Below, piece after piece: positions 42,201-52,607 of a stretch of DNA of 64,000 bases. Both the position numbers and the translations under genes were made by a program. Each line of letters opens with the position of its first letter. The first letter of the stretch is position 1. The notes below the pieces were generated by a model that had not been told where the DNA came from, made no database searches, and saw only the letters and a list, made by a program, of their open reading frames with translations. This stretch comes from Gammaproteobacteria bacterium (GTDB taxonomy: Bacteria > Pseudomonadota > Gammaproteobacteria > S012-40), in contig CAKKRP010000043.1 in the NCBI GenBank assembly GCA_919902765.1, positions 22,053 through 86,052 on the forward strand. The letters are read 5' to 3'.

Positions 42201-42836
42201 ATTTCGTCGTTAGAAACGTTGGGTGCCGGATTTATGCTGGCGACACACGATTTGGAAATACGCGGCGCGGGAGAGCTGTTGGGCGAAGAGCAAAGCGGTC
42301 AGATACAAGAGGTAGGTTTCACGCTTTACACCGAGCTGTTGCAACGGGCGGTGCAGGCCTTAAAATCCGGTAAAGAAGTGGATTTTGATCAACCGCTGCA
42401 TCACGGTGCGGAAATCGATTTAGGCATACCGGCGCTGATACCGGACACCTATTTACCCGATGTACATGCGCGTTTGATCATGTATAAACGCATCGCCAAC
42501 GCCAATGGCGCGGAAGCCCTAAAAGATTTACAAGTCGAGATGATAGATCGCTTTGGTTTGTTGCCGGAACAAACTAAAACGCTGTTTGTCGTAACGGGTT
42601 TTCGCCATCGTGCAACCCCTTTAGGCATACGTAAAATAGAAATAGGACCGCAAGGCGGGCGCGTCATTTTCGACGAAAAGCCCAATGTCGATGCCGCGAA
42701 AATTGTTAAATTGATACAGACAAAATCCAAGCAATATCGCCTAGAAGGCGCAAGCCGTTTACGTATTTTGCAGACTATGCCGAACGCCCAATCGCGCATC
42801 GCGGTGCTGGAAGAATTGTTACAACAATTGAATTAA
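39282..42836 (+). CDS. mfd: Transcription-repair coupling factor Mfd
   Basis: 1184 aa; UvrB-homology N-terminus, RNAP-interaction domain, superfamily-2 helicase motifs (GDVGFGKTEVA, DEEHRFG), TRG motif region, C-terminal D7. Confidence 0.95.
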   Translation: MGLEIDEDSPGRRKLVNLARTSYYLTLFMLEQKSEAFQDIFCPILPQGKDLFCGNLHGAAKGMLLANLAHKYDGIIVVFTQDTPEAYQLENELRFFLGKERQNSILNFPDWETLPYDIFSPFQDIVSQRLLTLYRLPKLTRGILLVPVATAMQRIAPQAYIDQHTFDMRVGDRADLDAMRKRLENGGYRYVSQVLEHGDFSVRGSLLDLFPMGSDVPYRIDLLDDEVESIRVFDPENQRTVGKVDVIQLLPAHEFPSDQEAIARFRQRYREVVEGDPQRSEIYREVSQGRFPPGIEYYLPLFFENTATLFDFLPTKTLLVATDGSIDSADIFWRDIEHRYDQLRHNIERPLLTPELLFVAPAALKEILARTPIMHLQNYNQIDRPDACTLNFETAIVPALEFSARDEVATNGLEKFAKAYTGRILITAESEGRRELIREMLSHAGMAPVIVNHWSEFLRGNYPLGLAIAPLETGVMLTHPALTVIAEPQLFGSRIQQKRRRSRSQRDAEAIVRELTDLVIGSPVVHEDYGVGRYLGLQKLPVNGEDMEFLALQYAGSDKLYVPVSSLHLISRYMGANADTVPLHKLGTDQWQRAKRKATEKARDVAAELLDIYARREAAKGLRFTSNEREYLGFAASFPYEETPDQQSAIEATLQDLASGRPMDRVVCGDVGFGKTEVAMRAAFVVANGGKQVAVLVPTTLLAQQHYQNFVDRFAQWPFRIEVLSRFRSKAEQTTVLKALEQGKADILIATHKLIQDDIKFKDLGLLIVDEEHRFGVRQKEKLKALRTHVAILTLTATPIPRTMNMSLAGLRDLSIIATPPAHRHAVKTFVCQWDNAVIQEAVQRELKRGGQVYFLHNEVETIEKTARELSALIPEANVRFAHGQMRERELESTMGDFYHRRFNVLLATTIIESGIDIPNANTIIINRADKLGLAQLHQLRGRVGRSHHRAYAYLLVPPKGAMTPDAIKRLEAISSLETLGAGFMLATHDLEIRGAGELLGEEQSGQIQEVGFTLYTELLQRAVQALKSGKEVDFDQPLHHGAEIDLGIPALIPDTYLPDVHARLIMYKRIANANGAEALKDLQVEMIDRFGLLPEQTKTLFVVTGFRHRATPLGIRKIEIGPQGGRVIFDEKPNVDAAKIVKLIQTKSKQYRLEGASRLRILQTMPNAQSRIAVLEELLQQLN

Positions 42837-42843
42837 AATGAGT

Positions 42844-43389
42844 TTATGAATTTTGGCTGAGCGCTGGTATTATTCCTGCACGCGTGAGTTCATCTATGAA
42901 TCCGAATTGCGTCATATCGACGATACGTTGGGGATATAACACGCCATCCAGGTGATCGCATTCATGTTGGACGACGCGCGCATGAAAGTCGGAAACGATT
43001 CTTTCAAATGCTACGCCCTGGGCGTCCCGGCCTTGATAACGGATATGTTTATAACGTGGCACCATGCCACGCATGCCCGGTACACTGAGGCAACCTTCCC
43101 ACATTTCATGCATTTCGTCGGATAAGGGCTCTATCACCGGGTTGATTAAAATAGTCATCGGGATAGGCGCTATATGAGGGTAACGCGGATTTTTATCGAA
43201 ACCAAAGATGACGATGCGTTGGTTGATGCCTATTTGCGGCGCAGCAATCCCTGCGCCACTGAGGGCGGCCATCGTGTCGAGCATGTCCTGGATCATGCCG
43301 GTGAGCGTCGGCGTCCCAAACATGGTAACTTCCTCGGCAACCCGTCGTAATAGAGGGTCGCCCATTTTTAGAACATCTCGCACTGGCAT
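42844..43389 (-). CDS. def: Peptide deformylase
   Basis: [16 protein letters not shown] and HECDHLDG motifs; 181 aa. Confidence 0.9.
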   Translation of the reverse strand: MPVRDVLKMGDPLLRRVAEEVTMFGTPTLTGMIQDMLDTMAALSGAGIAAPQIGINQRIVIFGFDKNPRYPHIAPIPMTILINPVIEPLSDEMHEMWEGCLSVPGMRGMVPRYKHIRYQGRDAQGVAFERIVSDFHARVVQHECDHLDGVLYPQRIVDMTQFGFIDELTRAGIIPALSQNS

Positions 43390-43407
43390 TTACTCATTCC
43401 CTCAAAT

Positions 43408-44277
43408 ATGTTTAACTTGTGGAGTCCCGGTATGGGCAACTATTATGGCGTGAGTCGTTTGAAACAGACAATTCAATTCTTTTATTGTATAGCGGTCGCC
43501 GTAGTCATCGGCGGGTTAAGCAGTGGGCGCGCGCGCGCGGCGGACGGTGATGTTGACAAATGGTATGAGGTTGAACTGATCTTGTTTGCCCATCCGGATG
43601 GCAACGCGTTGCAGTCGGAACATTGGGTCTCCGATCCTGGGCTACCGCCGTCAGATAAAAGTGTGGAGCGCCTAACACGCCCTGCGCCGCCGCCCGCCGC
43701 GAATCCAGCGGCGGCCACGGCTGCCCCGCCCAAAAATGTTCCAGTGGCCTTTCAAATGTTACCGCCCAACGATATGAAATTGTCGCCGCTGGTGGAAAAA
43801 CTAACCGCGAGCGCGGGCTACAAGGTGCTGATGCATACGGCATGGCGGCAACCCGTTTCTAAAGGGGAACGTGGGTCTGGTGTGATGCTGGATAATACCG
43901 TAGACGCCAACTACTCGCCCCCTAGCGCGACGCCACCTGCCGTCGTCGGCACCGCCCTCGCCCCGGAGGTCTCGCCATTTATTGGGGTATTTGCTCTAAC
44001 CTCGACGCGTTATTTGCATGTCACCGTAGACATCTTGTATCGCCAACCCGACGTGGTGCGCGCCGCCAGTGTCATAGACAATACGACCCCTACGTTTTCA
44101 ATGGGTGTTGACAGTGGTATCCCTACAACGGCGGTTAATAATCCGATTGCGGGATTTCGGATGACGGATTTACGCAAAATTAAAACGGATCAATTGCACT
44201 ATTTCGATCACCCATTGTTTGGAGTGATCGCACGCGTGGTACCCGTGGATATAGGTAAAGGCGGAAAAAATCCTTAG
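43408..44277 (+). CDS. Periplasmic Pro/Ala-rich protein, possibly CsiV-family
   Basis: Signal peptide; …WYEVELILFAHPDG… N-terminal motif and the location next to mfd are reminiscent of CsiV-family proteins; weak. Confidence 0.3.
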   Translation: MFNLWSPGMGNYYGVSRLKQTIQFFYCIAVAVVIGGLSSGRARAADGDVDKWYEVELILFAHPDGNALQSEHWVSDPGLPPSDKSVERLTRPAPPPAANPAAATAAPPKNVPVAFQMLPPNDMKLSPLVEKLTASAGYKVLMHTAWRQPVSKGERGSGVMLDNTVDANYSPPSATPPAVVGTALAPEVSPFIGVFALTSTRYLHVTVDILYRQPDVVRAASVIDNTTPTFSMGVDSGIPTTAVNNPIAGFRMTDLRKIKTDQLHYFDHPLFGVIARVVPVDIGKGGKNP

Positions 44278-44331
44278 TTTCGTTATGTTGATTTGATATT
44301 ACAAATCCATTTTTATATAGTTAATTACTTT

Positions 44332-47300
44332 ATTTCCGTTCGTGTCCTTGCGAAGATCGCGATTTAGCCAGTCGACGAATTTGGCTAATCCTAGCGCAAT
44401 GTTTCAATCCACGCGCTCGCGAAGAGCGCGACGTGAGGATGGAATTTGCAGCACCCGTCGGTATCGTTTCAATCCACGCGCTCGCGAAGAGCGCGACGCA
44501 ACGGCTGCGGGATGAGGCCGTCGCTTTTTTAGTTTCAATCCACGCGCTCGCGAAGAGCGCGACGAATCCGGCGAGAGCATGGGCCAATACGATACGCGTT
44601 TCAATCCACGCGCTCGCGAAGAGCGCGACATATCAATGGCTGATTGGTCAAATTTGTTACGTACCGTTTCAATCCACGCGCTCGCGAAGAGCGCGACTCC
44701 AAACACGCGTGATGCTTCCGTGACTGCCTTGTTTCAATCCACGCGCTCGCGAAGAGCGCGACCCCGATAATCGGAAATCTCATACAACTCCTAGAGTTTC
44801 AATCCACGCGCTCGCGAAGAGCGCGACGGGGACACGTTCATTATTTGCGACACAATGGATCGGTTTCAATCCACGCGCTCGCGAAGAGCGCGACAAACAG
44901 CAGCACACGTTCACGCTAGTGATATTATGTTTCAATCCACGCGCTCGCGAAGAGCGCGACCGAAAAACGCCCGTAGATATTATTAACCGTCAAAACGTTT
45001 CAATCCACGCGCTCGCGAAGAGCGCGACACGTCGGGCAGTTTGGCTGCGCCGAATTTTGCGAGTTTCAATCCACGCGCTCGCGAAGAGCGCGACCTTGCC
45101 GTCCAGGGTTGTGTGCGCGCCCCTTGTGGTTTCAATCCACGCGCTCGCGAAGAGCGCGACGGATATCACCGGCATGAGTTGGTGCGCGGTGCTCAGTAAC
45201 GGTTTCAATCCACGCGCTCGCGAAGAGCGCGACTTTTGGGACAATGACATCTGGAGAGATGCTAAGAGTTTCAATCCACGCGCTCGCGAAGAGCGCGACA
45301 TCCCGGCTGGCCTGCCGATTTTCGCACCGACGACGTTTCAATCCACGCGCTCGCGAAGAGCGCGACTCGCCGTTGCGCGCCACCACGAGATATTCAAGAT
45401 GTTTCAATCCACGCGCTCGCGAAGAGCGCGACTTTTAAGCTAATCTTAATCGTGCCTTAAGGTTACTGTTTCAATCCACGCGCTCGCGAAGAGCGCGACG
45501 TGCCGTGAGAATGCCAGATTTCATAGGATCGAGGGTTTCAATCCACGCGCTCGCGAAGAGCGCGACGGATGACGTTTAAACCAATCCATGAGGAGTGATG
45601 CGTTTCAATCCACGCGCTCGCGAAGAGCGCGACACTCAAGGCACGCGCTGACAGCTTGACCACTAAGGTTTCAATCCACGCGCTCGCGAAGAGCGCGACT
45701 CGCCCAAGGTGCGTCTCCAATTCCTAATCGCTTGTTTCAATCCACGCGCTCGCGAAGAGCGCGACCGGCCTACTCGACGCCGCCGCCGCCATGTCTCGCG
45801 ACGTTTCAATCCACGCGCTCGCGAAGAGCGCGACACGGTCGAGATCACGCTCGACGCCACGCAGTTTCAGTTTCAATCCACGCGCTCGCGAAGAGCGCGA
45901 CGGAGCACAACCGCCGCGTGTGGCCCGCGCCGATTGTTTCAATCCACGCGCTCGCGAAGAGCGCGACATGCCTTCGACAAATGACGCCGCTTCGGGCGAC
46001 GCGTTTCAATCCACGCGCTCGCGAAGAGCGCGACGTGGCGGAATCATGCGATTCCGCTATGCGTTCGAGTTTCAATCCACGCGCTCGCGAAGAGCGCGAC
46101 TTTCCGAATATTTTAATCTAAATACCAATAGATTAGTTTCAATCCACGCGCTCGCGAAGAGCGCGACATCATTCGGCGGAGCCATGGTTGCAGGTTTAGC
46201 GCGTTTCAATCCACGCGCTCGCGAAGAGCGCGACAGATTGATGCGATTGTTTGGACTTGTCCACCATCGTTTCAATCCACGCGCTCGCGAAGAGCGCGAC
46301 AGATTGCGATTATCGCCTTCAATCCACGACATAAGTTTCAATCCACGCGCTCGCGAAGAGCGCGACAAAAAACGACCCGACTCCAACCTGTAGTAGCAGG
46401 TGTTTCAATCCACGCGCTCGCGAAGAGCGCGACGTCTATGCTTTTCCTCATATTTCAGTACCTGGATGTTTCAATCCACGCGCTCGCGAAGAGCGCGACG
46501 CCATCCGCGCCAATTTTACCAGTGGTGTAATTTGTTTCAATCCACGCGCTCGCGAAGAGCGCGACAACACCACTTTTGTCGCAGTGACAGAAACCACCTT
46601 GTTTCAATCCACGCGCTCGCGAAGAGCGCGACTCGTATTCCACGGTATACAACACTGCGTTATCATGTTTCAATCCACGCGCTCGCGAAGAGCGCGACGT
46701 ACGTCTCTGGCTACTGCTGGCGTCAGGATAGATGTTTCAATCCACGCGCTCGCGAAGAGCGCGACCGTCCGAGATTAGTTGGTCGCTAATCATTGACGGT
46801 GTTTCAATCCACGCGCTCGCGAAGAGCGCGACCCCGCCGTCCGTGAGTCGCCCGTCGTCCACGTACCGTTTCAATCCACGCGCTCGCGAAGAGCGCGACA
46901 TTCATACTCTACCTCACATCGTCGTTATTTTGCGTTTCAATCCACGCGCTCGCGAAGAGCGCGACAACGAGAAACAGAGTAGAGCGTGCTGTGGAACACG
47001 TTTCAATCCACGCGCTCGCGAAGAGCGCGACGCAAAGTGCGTCTAGCCTCGGGCGTTATGATGTGTTTCAATCCACGCGCTCGCGAAGAGCGCGACACGC
47101 GCGTGACTGGCGCAACATTTGCCCCGCCTGTTTCAATCCACGCGCTCGCGAAGAGCGCGACGGATTTTAATCTTATCACCGCGGTGGCGGCCGCCGTTTC
47201 AATCCACGCGCTCGCGAAGAGCGCGACTCCAGTTCGGCCTGGTGCAGCTTCAACCCGACGTCGTTTCAATCCACGCGCTCGCGAAGAGCGCGACATGATA

Positions 47301-50300
47301 TTTTAACGACTAGCGTGATGGTAAAAGTGTTTCAATCCACGCGCTCGCGAAGAGCGCGACGACGATTTCACGGAAGTTGCAATTATGTATAATAGTTTCA
47401 ATCCACGCGCTCGCGAAGAGCGCGACGCCCCATTTAATTTTGCCACCAGCGTCAAAGGTGGTTTCAATCCACGCGCTCGCGAAGAGCGCGACCGATCAAC
47501 GTCTTGGCGACCTGGAGGCGTTCATCGTTTCAATCCACGCGCTCGCGAAGAGCGCGACTTTGATGCACCTTAGCAATACCGGCGGCTACGATAGTTTCAA
47601 TCCACGCGCTCGCGAAGAGCGCGACGGAACTACATCGGAGAGATATAATGATCAAAATTGTTTCAATCCACGCGCTCGCGAAGAGCGCGACGTTTCAATC
47701 CACGCGCCCGCCACGGCGCGAACGCGTTTCAATCCACGCGCTCGCGAAGAGCGCGACATTATATTTCTATTGGCAATTGTTGCGCCAGTCTGTTTCAATC
47801 CACGCGCTCGCGAAGAGCGCGACCGGCTATCCGCGTCCACACTGGATCAGGATGGTGTTTCAATCCACGCGCTCGCGAAGAGCGCGACTGTTGATGGAGA
47901 GTGGGCAGAGTGTGGATATTTTGTTTCAATCCACGCGCTCGCGAAGAGCGCGACCCCTGTTTAGCGGCGAATTATCGCGTTTAAAATTGTTTCAATCCAC
48001 GCGCTCGCGAAGAGCGCGACGAGGATTTTGCGATTTTATTCCAATCAACAATGGTTTCAATCCACGCGCTCGCGAAGAGCGCGACTTACTACATCGGATT
48101 GAACCAGGCCGAACGCCCTGTTTCAATCCACGCGCTCGCGAAGAGCGCGACCAACGTTATCGATAAATATTTTCCGGACGGAATTGTTTCAATCCACGCG
48201 CTCGCGAAGAGCGCGACGTTAAATCCTGTAGTAATTACGCGCGCGGATCTCGTTTCAATCCACGCGCTCGCGAAGAGCGCGACAAAGGCAACTGCGAATT
48301 TGTCGGGCGTGAATGCGGTTTCAATCCACGCGCTCGCGAAGAGCGCGACCCGCCGTTTTTTTAAATTTTGTCCATTCTTCGACGTTTCAATCCACGCGCT
48401 CGCGAAGAGCGCGACCACGCGTCGCAACCGTCGCGTCGCTGACGTACTGGTTTCAATCCACGCGCTCGCGAAGAGCGCGACCGTCAACTAGCAATGACCC
48501 AATGTTGTCGGAGTTGTTTCAATCCACGCGCTCGCGAAGAGCGCGACAAATGCAATACAGTGATCGTAGTCAGGCTCACCTGTTTCAATCCACGCGCTCG
48601 CGAAGAGCGCGACATTTTAAACGCGGCGGGTGTGCCGGGCACAACCAGGTTTCAATCCACGCGCTCGCGAAGAGCGCGACTTTTAGACAAGGATCAATCA
48701 TGAGAACGTTAAACGTTTCAATCCACGCGCTCGCGAAGAGCGCGACATTTAAATGCCGAGAGGAAATGCAGAAGTCTATGTTTCAATCCACGCGCTCGCG
48801 AAGAGCGCGACGAGCTATCAAAAAAATTTAGCAGCTTGGATTAGTGTTTCAATCCACGCGCTCGCGAAGAGCGCGACGCCGCAAAATAAAATTCAGGGCC
48901 ACGGCTAAGCTGTTTCAATCCACGCGCTCGCGAAGAGCGCGACATAAAACGCGCGGGAATCAGATACAGCGTCGGAGGTTTCAATCCACGCGCTCGCGAA
49001 GAGCGCGACGGTCGCGTTTAGGGCTGACTCAAGCCTCTTTGGCCGTTTCAATCCACGCGCTCGCGAAGAGCGCGACTAGAGCTGCACCGTCCACATGTCG
49101 CAAAAATTCTGTTTCAATCCACGCGCTCGCGAAGAGCGCGACCACGATCGAGAGTTATTCCCAACTAAAATAAGAGTTTCAATCCACGCGCTCGCGAAGA
49201 GCGCGACCGCGTAGAACTAAAATATATGCGCCGAGATATCGACGTTTCAATCCACGCGCTCGCGAAGAGCGCGACAATACAAAAAAGACGCTATTGACTA
49301 TGCTATTTTTGTTTCAATCCACGCGCTCGCGAAGAGCGCGACATAATACCGATTCGGATTTATTCGATCTGGTTATAGTTTCAATCCACGCGCTCGCGAA
49401 GAGCGCGACCAACAACAGCCTTTGTTAAATCTCCAAGTATTCCGTTTCAATCCACGCGCTCGCGAAGAGCGCGACGTAAATTCGACTGGTTTTTTGTCGC
49501 AGACAGAATAGTTTCAATCCACGCGCTCGCGAAGAGCGCGACTTACGGGCGGCAATACCGCCGCCCGGTTAACCTAGGTTTCAATCCACGCGCTCGCGAA
49601 GAGCGCGACCGCCGACGTAGGTCGCGATTGCGGAAAAATCATTGTTTCAATCCACGCGCTCGCGAAGAGCGCGACGTTCCGCTACAGGTATGTATTTGCT
49701 CGATTTAATGTTTCAATCCACGCGCTCGCGAAGAGCGCGACGCAACGCGGTGGTCGCCATCGCCGCTATTAAATCGTTTCAATCCACGCGCTCGCGAAGA
49801 GCGCGACTAATTCAGATTGTGGCGATTTTGCCGGTTGAAGGGTTTCAATCCACGCGCTCGCGAAGAGCGCGACTCGCAAATCAGTAGCGCTCAGGTATAA
49901 AATACAGGTTTCAATCCACGCGCTCGCGAAGAGCGCGACCGCCCGTATCTCAAAACCTCATCTGTTTTAGCAGGGTTTCAATCCACGCGCTCGCGAAGAG
50001 CGCGACGTGTCGCCGTGCTCGATATAAGCGTGTCGTATCCCGTTTCAATCCACGCGCTCGCGAAGAGCGCGACGCCCGCACCGCGCGCAATGCCGAGGCC
50101 TGGGATAAAGTTTCAATCCACGCGCTCGCGAAGAGCGCGACACTCATGCGCCTCTGCGACCGCAGTGCGGTTGTCGTTTCAATCCACGCGCTCGCGAAGA
50201 GCGCGACACTACACGTTGGGCTTCACCAGTTGTCTCGCTATGTTTCAATCCACGCGCTCGCGAAGAGCGCGACGCTAAACGTGTTGCTCGCGGATTGCGT

Positions 50301-50869
50301 CAGGTTGTTTCAATCCACGCGCTCGCGAAGAGCGCGACGCGGCGGAAAATTTAAATCTCGCAACGACGGAATGTTTCAATCCACGCGCTCGCGAAGAGCG
50401 CGACAAGTGGGTATCGTCATACGGCCTGGCGGACGACGGTTTCAATCCACGCGCTCGCGAAGAGCGCGACTCTAAGTTAATCGAAATGTGCAATAGCGAA
50501 ATGTCGTTTCAATCCACGCGCTCGCGAAGAGCGCGACGTTGTTCCGTGCGCACATTGTCCCAGCGCGGAATGGTTTCAATCCACGCGCTCGCGAAGAGCG
50601 CGACATCTCAAAACTCACGGAATTATGCAGGCACCGACAGTTTCAATCCACGCGCTCGCGAAGAGCGCGACTAAGGGACACACCCGCAAATGGCCGCGCA
50701 AACGAGTTTCAATCCACGCGCTCGCGAAGAGCGCGACCATACGTCTGTATAACGCACGTGCTATCATTAGAGTTTCAATCCACGCGCTCGCGAAGAGCGC
50801 GACTATTTGAGGGAAAATCGCCGGTATCTTCTAAAACGTTTCAATCCACGCGCTCGCGAAGAGCGCGAC
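44332..50869 (-). CRISPR. Type I-C CRISPR array: 98 canonical 32-bp repeats plus one degenerate distal repeat, 97 spacers
   Basis: Repeat on the + strand is GTTTCAATCCACGCGCTCGCGAAGAGCGCGAC. The transcribed-strand form GTCGCGCTCTTCGCGAGCGCGTGGATTGAAAC matches the I-C consensus family GTCGCGCCCCGCACGGGCGCGTGGATTGAAAC. I counted every repeat start, 44401 … 50838. Spacers are 33-37 nt, apart from one of 41 nt. A degenerate repeat (21/32 identical, ATTTCCGTTCGTGTCCTTGCGAAGATCGCGAT) lies at 44332-44363, at the leader-distal end. The leader side abuts cas2. Confidence 0.97.
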
Positions 50870-51044
50870 TTCACAAGTCTAACTCATTGATTTTCACAGT
50901 GCTAGTGCCTTACTGCCGCTAACCTATATTTGAAAGTGATGCGTAGCGTTCTTCGCGCTTCATAGCGGTCTATTATGTATAAAAAACAAATAGTTAAATA
51001 CCCGCTAACCGGCCCTCAATTTGATGAGTACACATGATTAGCGC
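50870..51044 (-). promoter_or_regulatory. CRISPR leader (between cas2 stop and first/newest repeat)
   Basis: 175-bp non-coding, relatively AT-rich segment directly between cas2 (ends 51045) and the first repeat (50838-50869). The repeat orientation matches cas-operon transcription on the minus strand. Confidence 0.5.
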
Positions 51045-51344
51045 TTACAGAATTATTGCATCGCGGAACGGATCGGGTGAGGGCTTGGCGCCGATGTGTT
51101 CGACTTTTTGGCGGCCCTTTTTGCCTAAAAAATAGAAGCGGAGACTATCTTCCTTCGGATCGAACGTTTCCGTCAACAGATTTTTAAACACTGTGAATTG
51201 TGCAGGGTCAACTTCGCATTCAAAAACTGAGTTTTGTACACGCATGCCATAATCCAGGCAAATTTTCGCTATATTGCGCAGTCGGCGTTGCCCCGCTTTT
51301 GTTACGACGCTGACATCATACGTGACGAGTACCAGCATTGTCAT
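51045..51344 (-). CDS. cas2: CRISPR-associated endoribonuclease Cas2
   Basis: 99 aa, MTMLVLVTYDVSVVTKAGQRRLRNIAKICLDYGMRVQNSVFECEV… canonical Cas2; 4-nt overlap with cas1. Confidence 0.9.
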   Translation of the reverse strand: MTMLVLVTYDVSVVTKAGQRRLRNIAKICLDYGMRVQNSVFECEVDPAQFTVFKNLLTETFDPKEDSLRFYFLGKKGRQKVEHIGAKPSPDPFRDAIIL

Positions 51345-52381
51345 TTCACCAAATAGGGCGGATAGTATTCCGTGTCGCCGCGTATATGCCGCGCCAACAG
51401 CATGGCCTGGCAGTGTGGCAGCAAACCGATAGGCACTTGTTCTTCCAAATAGGGATGCATTATTTCCACTTGCTTGCGTTCTTGCCAGGCGGTCAACAAA
51501 CTTTTGCGAGCATCGTCTGTTAAGCGTACCGCACCGCTGGCTTCGGTGACAAAATCATTTGGTTTTACCTGCTGGCGATTGATGAGCGTTAATACAAAAC
51601 GGTCCGCCCATGGCGCGCGAAATTCCTCCAATAAATCCAGGGCAAGGCTTGAACGACCGGGCCTGTCTTGATGCAAGAATCCCACGTAGGGGTCGAGCCC
51701 CACACCTTGCAGCGCGGACGCACATTCATGCGTGATCAATGTGTACGCAAAGGAAAGCAATGCGTTGACAGGATCTGTCGGCGGCCTGCGCACCCGCCCG
51801 CCAAAGATAAATCCACTGCCTCGCAACAATTCATTAAACACTCCAAAATAAGTGCTTGCAGCGTCACCCTCTATGCCCATGGCCTCTGCCACCGTTTTGG
51901 CGTGACGGGCGCGGCGCAAGCTAGTTGCAAGCCGTTCAACCGCAGATGCAATCAAAGAGTTTTCGCCGTGATTTCGGATTTCGCGCAATAATACGGCGCG
52001 ACCATTGGCGATTTTTGCAGCGACCATCAAACGTGCAATGCCAACGGATTTTTCGTTATCATCGGCCCAGCGATATTGCGCGCGGCGCAGCAACACATTG
52101 CCGGTTTGTTTGCCCTGCACCCGCGCAAGAAACCGCCCGTATTCCGTATAAAAAGACAAACCAATCCCTTGTTCCCCACAGTAGCCCATCAAAAATGGAG
52201 ACACGGAAACTTGACCGAAGCAAAAAATATTGCCGACGGTGAGCGCGGGGAATTGCCCGAGCTTTTCGTCACCCTGTTTGTTGATGATGGTCTCGCGGTC
52301 TTTATGGAGGTAGCTTTCTTGGCGCGCAATATAGAGGGAGTTGAGAAGTTTTTTCATAGTGTCATTTTCAACCGGTGACAA
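51341..52381 (-). CDS. cas1: CRISPR-associated integrase Cas1 (type I-C)
   Basis: 346-aa ORF. Likely true start at Met 52357 (MKKLLNSLYIARQESYLHKD…, the typical I-C Cas1 N-terminus). Conserved …E…H…E acidic/His residues across the C-terminal domain. Confidence 0.9.
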   Translation of the reverse strand: MSPVENDTMKKLLNSLYIARQESYLHKDRETIINKQGDEKLGQFPALTVGNIFCFGQVSVSPFLMGYCGEQGIGLSFYTEYGRFLARVQGKQTGNVLLRRAQYRWADDNEKSVGIARLMVAAKIANGRAVLLREIRNHGENSLIASAVERLATSLRRARHAKTVAEAMGIEGDAASTYFGVFNELLRGSGFIFGGRVRRPPTDPVNALLSFAYTLITHECASALQGVGLDPYVGFLHQDRPGRSSLALDLLEEFRAPWADRFVLTLINRQQVKPNDFVTEASGAVRLTDDARKSLLTAWQERKQVEIMHPYLEEQVPIGLLPHCQAMLLARHIRGDTEYYPPYLVK

Positions 52382-52575
52382 TTTGTCACCGACTCGTTGC
52401 CTTCCTTGTCTAGCCCTTCTTTAAGCTTATTCCGGTATTTTCGAGCGGTTTGATAATCCGATTGCTGGGTCAACTCCTGCACGATGTCGATGACAGAGAA
52501 CCACCAGATTTCCTTGGTCTCATCATACACCCGCCTAATCTGATAGTCTTCAAACAGTGCCAAATCGGCTTTCAT
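52354..52575 (-). CDS. Small 73-aa ORF inserted between cas4 and cas1; possible Bro-N/KilA-N-like DNA-binding fold (uncertain)
   Basis: MKADLALFEDYQIRRVYDETKEIWWFSVIDIVQELTQQSDYQTARKYRNKLKEG… resembles the Bro-N pattern (F..g..iR.v.de.ge.WF.a.Dv...LG…). Its stop abuts the probable cas1 start, 32 nt after the cas4 stop. Not part of the canonical I-C gene set. Confidence 0.3.
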   Translation of the reverse strand: MKADLALFEDYQIRRVYDETKEIWWFSVIDIVQELTQQSDYQTARKYRNKLKEGLDKEGNESVTNCHRLKMTL

Positions 52576-52607
52576 AACACCTTCCTCGCTGATTGTTACG
52601 CGTTCGC

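Noticed and set aside
46168-46334. Two adjacent spacers both beginning AGATTG…CGATT (spacers 28 and 29), a possible partial spacer duplication
   Set aside because: The similarity is limited to about 11 scattered nt. The remainder is unrelated, so this is probably coincidence.
44400-50900. Dozens of 60-200-aa ORFs on both strands across the CRISPR array (translations full of FQSTRSRRAR / VSIHALAKSAT / FNPRAREERD / RSSRARGLK)
   Set aside because: These are the three reading frames of the 32-bp repeat on each strand, repeated. They are artefacts of the array, not genes.
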